Assembly (NCBI GenBank): GCA_010405405.1 | Contig: MU004233.1 | Location: 2,829,314 to 2,849,313, forward strand | DNA: 20,000 nt | From: Microthyrium microscopicum | Lineage: Eukaryota | Direction of reading: 5' to 3' | Part shown: positions 9,586 to 20,000 of the stretch, piece by piece | How positions within the stretch are numbered: position 1 is the first letter of the stretch | Layout: every line of letters starts with the position of its first letter | Program-made: the position numbers and the translations under genes | Notes under the pieces: generated by a model | The model's input: the letters and a program-made list of their open reading frames with translations, nothing else | What the model was told of the DNA's origin: nothing | The model's database searches: none

Positions 9586-12500
9586 TTCAGGTCGCTCGAT
9601 TGTATTCTTCGTTCAAAAATCAATGTGAAAGCCTCCGATAGCCCTGTTGGCAGCCGTCTGGAAGAGATCGTCACGAATGTAAATAACAGCAGACGGGAAA
9701 GACGAGAGTATAATGCTTCTACAGGACACCACGGTAAATATCGTCCTCGAGGCTGCTCAAGCCTCCATGCTATGTGCTGGTTGAAATACAACCTTGGAAG
9801 TGAGAGCCTCATATCCGACCACTATCTTCACCTATTCAAATCAACATGTTGGCACAATGAATGACCCACTCCCATCAGCCTCGTTGGCTCTTAGACGCTA
9901 CGCTCCTTTATCAAGTACTTTATTTGCCATGAAGGACGTACAGGTTCGACTGGTTTATCGAATTCAATGAGAAATATAGCACTCTTTGCTTAAAAACGTC
10001 CGTGGCAGCGATCAGAGTTGATTGGAGAACGCCATTTATTTTGCTATGCCGTTTTCAAATCTGCAAAGGCTCTTTCCAGGATGAGGATAGAACCTCTACG
10101 CATCCTAGGAATGCTAATGTCGGAGACTTGGTTGATGGGGGTCCGACAAGTGACAGAGGGCATCAGCTTCGCTAAACGAAAATTGGAGAGAAAAGAGAGC
10201 ATCATAAGGTTTGTTCTACATGGAGTGGTTGTCTTCTTCCTCCACTAGCAGCCTACATGGCAGCATAAACCTCTTTTGGAACGAAAATGCATGGTTCTAA
10301 TGCTGATAGGCTTACTCCATGGATATAGTGTAAGAAAAGCCACGGTATTGATCTTCATGAATAGTCGCTTCTTGAGTTTGCGCCTTATTGCGCAATATAC
10401 GAAGCGGCTCTTTTGTATCCAACACTACGGGTTCGATGCCATCAATCGCAAGTATGTCGCTATATTGTTCTCTCCTTTCAAGATTAAGGAGGCTCGTTGG
10501 GCGTAAACCTTATGCGAGATAAGTTTTGATCGCCACGGCAAAGGACCCGCCCTGGAATCCTTTCCCGATGAATATAGCATTGAAACGAACTTAATCTGAG
10601 TTTACGGGTAGATAATTACCCTCTTAGAACCACCGTCTTCGAGGAATTCACTTGGATGTGTGGTTACACAGAATAACTTTCAGAGACAAATTTATATTAG
10701 ATCTATCTCAGTCCCAGCCTGGCAAACAGGCATCCATCTCACCAGCCAGGGTGTTCTGCAGACTCGAGTGTCTAGGCTACCATAGCACCTCCTAATGTAG
10801 TATTAGAGAAATCGAAAAGAGAAAACTTCTTATTTGTATCCATGTTGTACCGCAATTGCGCAAAAGTCACGGTAACCTAGCATATTGTATACAAGGGAAG
10901 AACGGGCCGATCCGCTAGGGCGAATCCTACAGGCCCTTTGGGAAGGAGGTATAATATGTTTTGATATGACTGTCAATCAATAACCATCGTGCGAATTACG
11001 GGGTGCCGAGTAAGCGGCAGCGTGGGATGTAAGATACGATAGCAACTTGAACCAAGCGTCTGCCAGGTCGTAGAACGAGACAAGCGTCCGTATCTATCAA
11101 CAAAGGCATGTATGGGTGTGGGTGCGTGGCCTTTTGGTGTGGCAAAGGAGCACTGTAGCTGCGGCTCGGGTGTGGGTAAATGAGCGATATGAGCTGCATT
11201 TCTCCAGAGAATCCTATTTCCGGGGTATGATCTGAGCCTCTACGCGGAGAGGGCAATCAAGTCTTCGGCAGGCAAGGCTGAAACAGCATGGTCCGTCAGT
11301 TTGGTCTGGCAAATTGGACCGAGGGAGGCAACTAAAGGAGGAAATGGGTGTTTTCGGAGACCTCGGATCACAGACCTAGATGAGGGTGGGAGATTGTATA
11401 TCTCGGCAGTGTCGGGCCAGTTGAGTCTATATTATAGATGAGATTTCTTGGTGCGTTACCAGGCCTCTGGTGATGTACCTTGGCGATGGGGATGGCGTTG
11501 GTTTTTTAATGGTTCGGCAGAAGGCCTGTAACTGGCCAGGGCTTTGGCCGGCAATCATTCGGGGAGATGACTGGGGGGCCTCTCTATTAATGAATCTGAA
11601 TGCTTAGGTATGTTGATGGTCCGAGATTGTAGTCCTGCTTCCTCGGCATAGGATTAGCAACTGTGACTCGACGCCGAAGATGACGTTTTCTTTGGCTAGA
11701 GATGATGCAAACAGTCCTTTAATGACAGACTAAATGAGTACTTGAACATTTCGTTCGGTGTAAAGATAAGTTGTATCCAAATGCGAATGTATCTATGCTC
11801 GGTATTCTTAGTACATGTAGATGACTGTTATAAGGGCTCAGACACTCCAGTAGGCAGTGTAGCATGTTTGCAAAAATAGGTAGGATATGAAAGCCGCCTA
11901 GTGTTCGTCTAGATAGAATGATAACCATCCAGGGAACACGAAGCATTAGATGCTTCCGATTGTTCGCTCGCAAGGCTGGCGTGGACTACAGGGCTTTCGG
12001 TCTGCTTTGGGGCTCTACTGTCCTAAATAGGACGTTTGCCGATGCTCTGAACAGACCAGGTTTCCAGAAGGTGATGCGCACCTGGGAGCCGGCTTCTTGC
12101 GAGAAGCGACCGTGCCAGTGAGATTGACAAGTTGTTTGGGCTATAGAACGAGTCAACCAGGGGTATTGGTTTCGATACAGCTTCTAGAAGGTAGTGATGG
12201 TAGATCAGGATTCACAGCGCATGGTTGTCAGCAAGTGGACAAAATAAAAGAGACACTCCAAGTGACTGCGCTGTCTACCATCGCGCTTTGGAAAAAATGC
12301 CCGCTTCAATCACCAGCGCATTCGATGTGAAATAGCGCATTTGACTTGCGAGAGTACCAAGTTGAAGACGTAGCACTTGATGGGAGCCTGTCGTTTATTT
12401 TGTCGACACGTTGGTTGCATGCACAAACATCAAGGAGAAGAGAGGGCTTGCACGCTGACTCTCCGCGGCTCAAACCTCCTGGCGCACCGTTCCGCCCTAA

Positions 12501-14850
12501 TCCAAAAGGAGTGGGCAATATAGATGGCAGATCGCTCAGCCAGAACTGATAAGGGAGATGAAGGGGTTTATCCGCCAAGATTGCGACAGCTTGCATGTAC
12601 GTCGGTCGACATGTGGTTCCAGACAGACAAATACGATGTTTGCCATCACGAAAATTGTCGATTATTCGTGATTTCAATCAAAGATTAACCCAAGCTCTTT
12701 TGACGCAATACCGCCAGGAAAGTGGAGATGCGCTTTTACGGGCGCGAGATGAAGTGATAATGCTGCTGCTGCAAGTCATGTCGCAAAGCGTCATGCAGTT
12801 GCAGAATTGGGGACAATCTCCTGCGCAAAGCCGATGAAAGATTTCTGACAGCCGACTAACGCCTCTCATGTACATTGCTTGCTAACCTTTTCCTGGAAAT
12901 AAGACCTATAACGGTGTTGGAATATCGAGTTTTGGCTCGTGAAAGATAAAAAAAAAGTGTTTCCTATGAGGCTCGGCTTCTCCACAAATGATGCGTGCCA
13001 TCCAATCCTTCTCCGCGATTCAAACACATGGAGAACGCTTTTCAACCCCCACGGTAAGCCTTTTTTGATCGGCCTTGACAGAAGGCGGAGGTCCAAGCAG
13101 TCCGATGCCACCAAATTTGCGGCTGCTCTAAACCCCGGCAATGCTTCTGGCAGCCAGAGCCAAGAGGGTGTGGGATAATTAATACGGAGGATTCCTCAAT
13201 GAGGGCTGCCAACCCCCCTATCCTACCCCAGAGTTTCTTTTAAGGGTGAACTTCCTTAAGCTGGAGACGAGGCGATCATACATGCCAGGGAGGTTGTAAA
13301 CATCGGAGCCCTTGGATGCCAACGCCGACTCCTTCGTTTTGACTTGTCCTTTACGACGGGGCCCTGCTCTGCTGACCCTTAAAAATGTCTAGGTAATTTT
13401 AGCGTATATAGCGTGAGTTTAAGAGTACGCTAAGTATAGGCCTATGTATATAATATAGCTTATAAGGATAAGTAAGAAGTACTTAAACTTAAACTTAGTC
13501 TAGTATATTTAATTAAATTCTTAAGGAGCTTAGTATTATTTTAAGAGTCTTTTAAAGTATTATTCTAATATATATTCTTTAGTTTTATATAAGATAAATA
13601 TAGTAATATAGTATATACTAAGTATACTAATCTATATTATTTTTAACTACTACCTAGTTTATAATAACTAAGTAGTATTAAGTATTTATAAGATAGTATA
13701 TACTAAACTAAACTAAAAATATATTAAGTTAAACTAAAGAGTTAAAGATATATTTTATAATAAAAGCTTATAAGCTTAGTATATAATATTTAATATAAGT
13801 TTCTAAAAGTAATAAGTATAAAAGAATAATTAAAGCTTTAGAGTATTAGTTTATATTTAGAATATCTATTTTAAGAAGCTATAATAAGAAAGTAAGTATA
13901 GTATATACTAAATAATAAATATTAAATTTAAATAATTAAAACTTACTAAATAATTATTTATAAAAGTTAGTAAAGTAAGTATATACTTATTTAAAAAGTA
14001 CTATTTAAACTTTTATTATAAAAGTTTAGTATCTATAAGCTAAGCTTAAGTCTATTATAAAATCTCTTAAGCTATTTAACTTAACTTCTTTCTTTAATTT
14101 CTTCTATATTTTTTAATATACTTATTAGAAATTTATACTTTATTAGTTTATACTAATCTTAAACTATCTACTTACTTTCCTCTACGCCTTTAGCTTAGTC
14201 TTATTCTAAGTATAAGCTAAAGATATAGTAGTTTCTATAATTAATTAAGTATAGTTCTACTTAGTTACTATTTAAATAACGTAAAATCCTAATCCTACTT
14301 TTAGTATCTAAGCCTATAATAAGCTTAGTATATACTAGTAAATATTTAAAAACGTACTAATATAAATAGGTCTAATTATTAATCTTTATTTAGGCTATAT
14401 CCTACCTAATTTATAAAATTAAGCCTAATACGTACTAGCTATAAATTAACTTAGATAGCTTTTTATACTTCTAATTACTTATACGTATCTTTAAGTTATT
14501 ATAAGTTCTTTAAGTATACTCTAGCTAAGTTATCTTAAGATAGTATATTTTAAGCTAGTCTTATACTAAGTATAGGCTAATATAGAGATAGTCTAAGGCA
14601 ATATTCTACTAGGCTTTATTAATATAAACGTATAAATAAAAGTATAGGTTAAAATTAAACTATACTTAGTATATACTAATAATATAATAGTTACTAAGTT
14701 AAAAATAATTTTATAGCCTTAGGAGTAATATATAATTAAATTATTAAGAATAAAATAAGTATAAGTTTCTTTAGTATATATTTAATATAAATAGAACTAA
14801 TTAAAGAATTTAGATATATTATTATATTTATAAGACTTATTTTAATTATA

Positions 14851-15748
14851 GTAAGTTATAAGCTAGTCTTATACTAAGCTTATACTAACTTTATAGTAGT
14901 TAAATATAAATTAATTAAAAATACCTTAAAGCTAATACTAGCTTATATAGAATAGTAAGTTTAAGATTAAGTTATACTAAGTATATACTAACTTATTAAT
15001 ACTTTAGCCTACTAGATTCTTTAATATAGTTAAGATACTACCTAGTTTATAAATAAGCCTAGGTAAGTTTATATTATACTTAATATAGGCTAAATTAATA
15101 TTTTATAGCTATAGTCCTTATAGTAGTATAATTAAAAAAATTTATTAAGATACTAAGGATATTATATAAGTTATAATATTTTAAGCTAAGTACGTACTAA
15201 CTATAGAAGAGCTATTAACTATACCTTCTACTTAATTTATATTAGTTTTTTATTTTATTATTATCTAAACTATAGTTATAGCCTAAGACGTAAAGTAAGT
15301 TAATAGATCTTTCTACTTATAATAAGTATATACTAATTATATAATAGAAGGAAGATTCTTTAAAATCTACTTTACTAGCGTTAGGTAAGTTAATTTATAA
15401 GAACGTTAAGCTTAGTACGTACTAACTAATATATTAGTAGTACCTTTAGGACCTTTAGGACCTCTACTAGCACTAGATAAGTTATTCTAAGCTAGATTAA
15501 GCTTAGTACATACTAACTAATATATTAGTAGTACTACTAAGACTACTAGAATCTTTACTACTACTATATAAGTTATTTTACGCTAGATTAAGCTTAGTAT
15601 ATACTAACTAATATATTAATAGTATTTCTAAGACTTTTAGGACCTCTATTACTACTATATAAGTTATTCTAGACTAGATTAAGCTTAGTATATACTAACT
15701 ATTATAATAGTAGCTCTTTTAAAATCTTTACTACTACTTTTACTACCT
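14851..15748 (+). pseudogene. RIP-inactivated, intron-dense gene relic (about 9 intron-like units in 900 bp)
   Basis: Ordered donor/branch/acceptor units at 14851-14896, 14955-14999, 15063-15108, 15166-15206, 15295-15347, 15385-15437, 15477-15528, 15568-15619 and 15659-15710. Some donors read ATAAGT and some acceptors TAA, consistent with G-to-A mutation. Product unrecognisable. Confidence 0.55.
15385..15748 (+). repeat. Tandem repeat, 4 x 91 bp (52-nt intron-like segment plus 39-nt exon-like segment)
   Basis: CTTAGTAYRTACTAACTA starts at 15411, 15502, 15593 and 15684 (exact 91-nt period). Units share RTAAGTTA...TTAAGCTTAGTAYRTACTAACTA...TAR-TAG. The fourth exon-like segment is more diverged. 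Confidence 0.9.
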
Positions 15749-18700
15749 TTAGCGCTATATACTAGTTATAAGTAAAATTAAGTATAATAACTTATAGTAA
15801 ATATATACTAACTAGTAATTATAGTATCTAGATTTTATAAGTATAAGAGTAAGGTACCTATTATTTAAATTATAGCTTTAAAGTATCTACATTATAAGTT
15901 ATATTTAGCTTATATAAACCTTATATTAACTAAATTATTAAGAAACTTAGGCTTAAGTATAGTATATATTAAAAGTTATAGGAGTTTATTTTATTATTTA
16001 GCTAAGTAATATTAGTAAGTATAGGCTAAATATAGGTAAAAAGATTTATAATATTATAATTTATAAGTAATAAAATAAATATACTAGCTTATACTAAGTA
16101 GAAGTAGCTATATAATATAATAAGTAGTTAATAGTTTATTTATACTTAGCTTAGGCTAAATATAAAGAACTTAACTATAATTTTTTCTTAAACTAAGTAA
16201 CTTACTAAAATAAGATTATAATATTTAACTATAATATTTAAGTAAATAAGTATAATAATAGTAATTTAATATATACTATATATAAATATAGGTAATAGAA
16301 GTATTATAGTATAAAAAGATCTTATAGTAAATACTACTATATACTAATTATAGATAATATAAAGTAGTTTAAAGATTAAAATATATTTAACTTAGAGAAT
16401 AATTACTTTATATTAAGATAGTAACTTCTTTACTAGTACGTATATAGCTTATAGATATACTTTACTCTTTACCTTTTAACTAATCTAATAACTTAAAAAA
16501 TAATTATTATAATTTTCTACTTAAGTTAAAGGCATACTATATAAGGTTAAAACTTAAAATAAGTATATATCATATTATAAAAATAGTACTTATAACCTAA
16601 ATACTATTATAAGAATGTCTACTCTACTAATAAGTTTAGGCTATAGTAAGTATATACTAGCTATAACCTAATTAGTTATTTCTTACTCTCTAGCTTAATA
16701 GTAGTTAGGTAAGATTAAAGTTCTTATATTTAGTATATTATAAGTATATACTAATAGTCCTTTAGGATATATATATTATAATTATTTTATAATTACTACG
16801 CCTAGTTAAGTATATATTATACTTTTACTTAGCACGTACTATTAAAAACTAACCTCTAGCTTTATTACTATATTTATACTATATATTTAGGACTTTATAA
16901 AGTAGAAAGTATACTACCTAAGAATTACTTATATTTAAAATAAGCTAACGTTATACTAGTTAGTACTCCCTTTATAGCCTCTAGAATTTAATAAGTATAT
17001 TTAGCTAATATATATCTAGTATAGGCTAATTATAAATAGTTTTTATTAATTACTTTATAAACTAGTTCGTTAGCTAGATTAAGGCTTTAGCTTTACTAAA
17101 GACTATCCTCTATAAGATAAAATATATATAATTAGTATATACCTAGTATAGCCTCTCTAACATAGCATAATAGTCTAATAAATATAGAATTTATTCTTAA
17201 TATATACTATAAGTATTTAGGATATTTAAATAGCTTATTAATTTTATTAACTTAAATATAGTATATTATAACTTAATTTAGTATAGAGGTAGTATATATA
17301 CTAATTATAAAGTAGTTAATAAAATTCTTATTTACTAATAGCCTATGCTTAACTTATTTAACTTAGAGGTTTAATTAATAGCTTTAGTAGCGTTACTATA
17401 GTAAATATTAATATCTAGCCTTAATAATACGTATATAATATACGCTAACTAGACTAAAAGTAAACTTTATTTAAAGATAGTTCTATTTATATAGCTTAAT
17501 ATAGATAATAAGCTATGCTTAGTATATATATAATATAGTATAATAAATACTTTACTTCTACGTATTAAAGATATTACGTTTTCTTCTATAATAACTAGTA
17601 TATACTTATTATAGGCTAAAGCTAGACTTAAGATAAATAAGGTAATTTATAATAAACTATAACTTCTTTTTAAGTCTATAGCTTTTATATTAATTATAAA
17701 AGCTTAATAGATTAGTAGGTATATCTACTAATTATAGTAAATATTTCTTCTATATTAATATATAGTAGCTAATAGATCTTTATTTACGTATATAACGTAT
17801 CCTATACTTATTTTATTAAATAGTATTAGCTTACTTCTATATATATATATAATAATTAATCTTAAATTATTTACTTTAATTAGTACGTACTATACGTAAG
17901 ATTAATTTCTTTTTCTCTTTTAGTTTATATTAACTTTATAAAACCTTAAAAAGTAAAAATTTATATATTATACTTATACTTATTATTAGTATAATAATAA
18001 TCTATATAGGCTAAGCTTATATCTATAGTTTATTTAAAATATTACCTTTCTCTTACTTTTTTAACTATTCTATACCTTTAGCTTAAGCCTATCTTAAGTA
18101 TAATAACTACCTATCTTAATTTCTTAGCTTAAGCTAAAATTATATATAGCGTAGATTAATATTATAAGATCTTTAAGAACTTTCTTAGAAATATATATCT
18201 AAAATAAGAATATATTTATAGTAAGTTTAATACGTATTATAGCTTTTTCTACGTCTATACTAACGTTATACTTATAGATTTAATTAAATACTTAAATTCT
18301 AAATATGTCTTATTAATAAGTAAGTTTTTATATTAAGGCTATAGTTAGTACGTATTAAGCTTATAATAAGTAAAACTAATTATACTTTACTTAAGCTAAA
18401 TTAATAAGGTAGCTATAATAATTATAAAGAATAAAGTAATAATTATAATAGTATAGATATAGGCTTAGTATATATAAGAGCTATACTAACCTCTAAATAA
18501 AAAATAGTAAGCTTTTTACTAATTTAGTTAAGCTCTCTATAATTTTAAGCCTATAAGTTTAAGTACTATATAAAACTAGTATATACTAATTATAATCTAA
18601 ATAGCTATTAGTATATTAATAAGAAAGGTATAATCTATAGTTATATTATTAAGATATTTATAAGTATATATATACTTTGCTTATACTTAATTTATTATTA

Positions 18701-20000
18701 ATTAAGTAGCTTTACTACTACTATTAAGTTTAATACCCTAGCCTTAATAAGTTTACTTTACTTATATTTAGTACGTACTTATTCTTTATTAATAGCTAAA
18801 GATACTAAGTTATCTAACTAATTTACTATTAAGGTTAATACTTTCTATTAATAAGTATAATTTCTACTTAGGGCTTATATATACTAACTATATATAGTAT
18901 TTTTACCTTTATAATTCTAGTCTAAGATTAAAAATTCTAGTAGTTTATTAATAAGCTTAGGTAAGTATAGCCTATATATTATATATGCTAGACTAATATT
19001 AATAGTTATATTTATAATAATTCTCTAATCTTTAATATTTATAATAAGTTAAAAGATTTAGTATAAGTAAAATACTTATATAGGCTTAATATATACTAAA
19101 CTTAAGTAGAAAAAATAATTTTACCTTTTATAAACTTATTAGTACTTACTTATTTTATTACTATAAGCTTAGTTATATTAAGTTTATATATAGTATAAGT
19201 TAAACCTTTATTTAATTTAAGCTAAGTACATATTAATATTAATTTAATAAAGAGCTATTACTTTATCTTCTTCTTCTACTTCTAAATATAGTAAGTTTAA
19301 TAATTCTATATTAAGTATATACTAATACTATAAGTAGAGTCTAAAGATAATAAGATTATTACTTTATTACTTATCTATTTTTATAAAAGCTAAAGCTATA
19401 CTAAGCTTAAGGCTCCTCTAAAATTCTATTACTAAATATATACTAAGCCTAAGTCTCTTTTAAAATCCTATAGCTAAGCTTAAGTTAAGCATTATTATAA
19501 TAAGAAGTCTATAGCGCTAAAGAAGTATAAGGCCTTAACTTTAGTCTATACTAAGCTTAAGGCTAAGCCTAAGTATAAGTTAGCTAAGTATAAGCTAAAA
19601 GCTATTAGCTAGCATATTTTTAGTAAGTTTAAGTTCTATTATATAGAGTACGTATTAACTATAAAAGCCTAAATTATATTTAAAGGATATATCTAAGAAG
19701 CTAGAAATAAATTACTAATATATACTAAGGTTAGCTTTGCTATTAAGGAAGAAGATATTATTAATAATAAGTATATACTTAATACCTATAATCCTACTTT
19801 ATTATTATTTTAGTATAAGACTAATATTTAGGCTTAGTATATACTAGACCTAAATTTAGACTATTATAAAGTAAAAGATTTACTAGGCTAAGTATATACT
19901 TATTTTTATATAGTAGTTAAATTAAAACTATAGCCTTAGTATATACTAAAAAACCTATTTCTTTTTCTTTTATAAATTTTTATTCTTTAAGTAATCTAAA

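Larger units (their letters stand above)
13385..20000. mobile_element. AT-rich block degenerated by repeat-induced point mutation (relic of a repeated or mobile element of unknown family); continues beyond the window
   Basis: Sharp compositional switch near 13,390. CpA/TpG are almost absent and TpA is hugely enriched; surviving C/G lie mostly in CT/AG contexts. No ORF of 60 aa or more in any frame over 6.6 kb. RIP acts on duplicated DNA, so the source was multi-copy (inference). Confidence 0.85.

Noticed and set aside
9940..10445. GGTTCGA strings resembling tRNA T-loops (about 9943 and 10430)
   Set aside because: No T-stem pairing or cloverleaf.
12306..13178. Short ORFs next to the AT-rich block as effector candidates (including Cys-rich 12678..12875)
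   Set aside because: No signal peptide, no convincing splice structure, and overlapping ORFs on both strands of a size expected by chance.
13160..13300. Fragments resembling fungal 5S rRNA (AGGGTGTGG; GCCAGGGAGGTT), of interest as a possible Starship target site
   Set aside because: Matches are very short and about 115 nt apart, inconsistent with 5S spacing; the rest of the gene is absent.
15385..15748. CRISPR-like repeat/spacer appearance of the 91-bp repeat
   Set aside because: Eukaryotic context, no cas genes, spacers are similar to one another, and the repeats carry splice signals.
13440..20000. Mitochondrial insertion or centromeric satellite as the explanation for the AT-rich block
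   Set aside because: Strong TpA excess with CpA/TpG loss fits RIP; no mitochondrial gene or tRNA remnants and no long-range tandem periodicity. A centromeric location cannot be excluded from this window.

Overview
Genomic DNA from a filamentous ascomycete (short GT-AG introns with RCTRA branch sites, RIP signature), in two compartments. Positions 1-13,380 have balanced composition and hold three housekeeping genes: a 3-exon Nudix hydrolase (YJR142W-like, minus), AIM41 (GatB/YqeY domain, minus) and, head-to-head with it, MPP10 (plus). The flanks contain no gene I can confirm. From about 13,390 to the window end is an abruptly bounded, extremely AT-rich block mutated by RIP. This block retains structure: dozens of copies of a near-palindromic motif (TTAGTAYRTACTAA, inferred ancestor about YAGCACGTGCTRAC) sit inside stereotyped 41-53 nt intron-like units that alternate with very short exons, apparently on both strands. 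It includes a 4-copy 91-bp repeat that parses as a 52-nt intron plus a 39-nt exon. My best reading is a relic of an intron-dense, multi-gene repeated element that I cannot assign to a known family from sequence alone.
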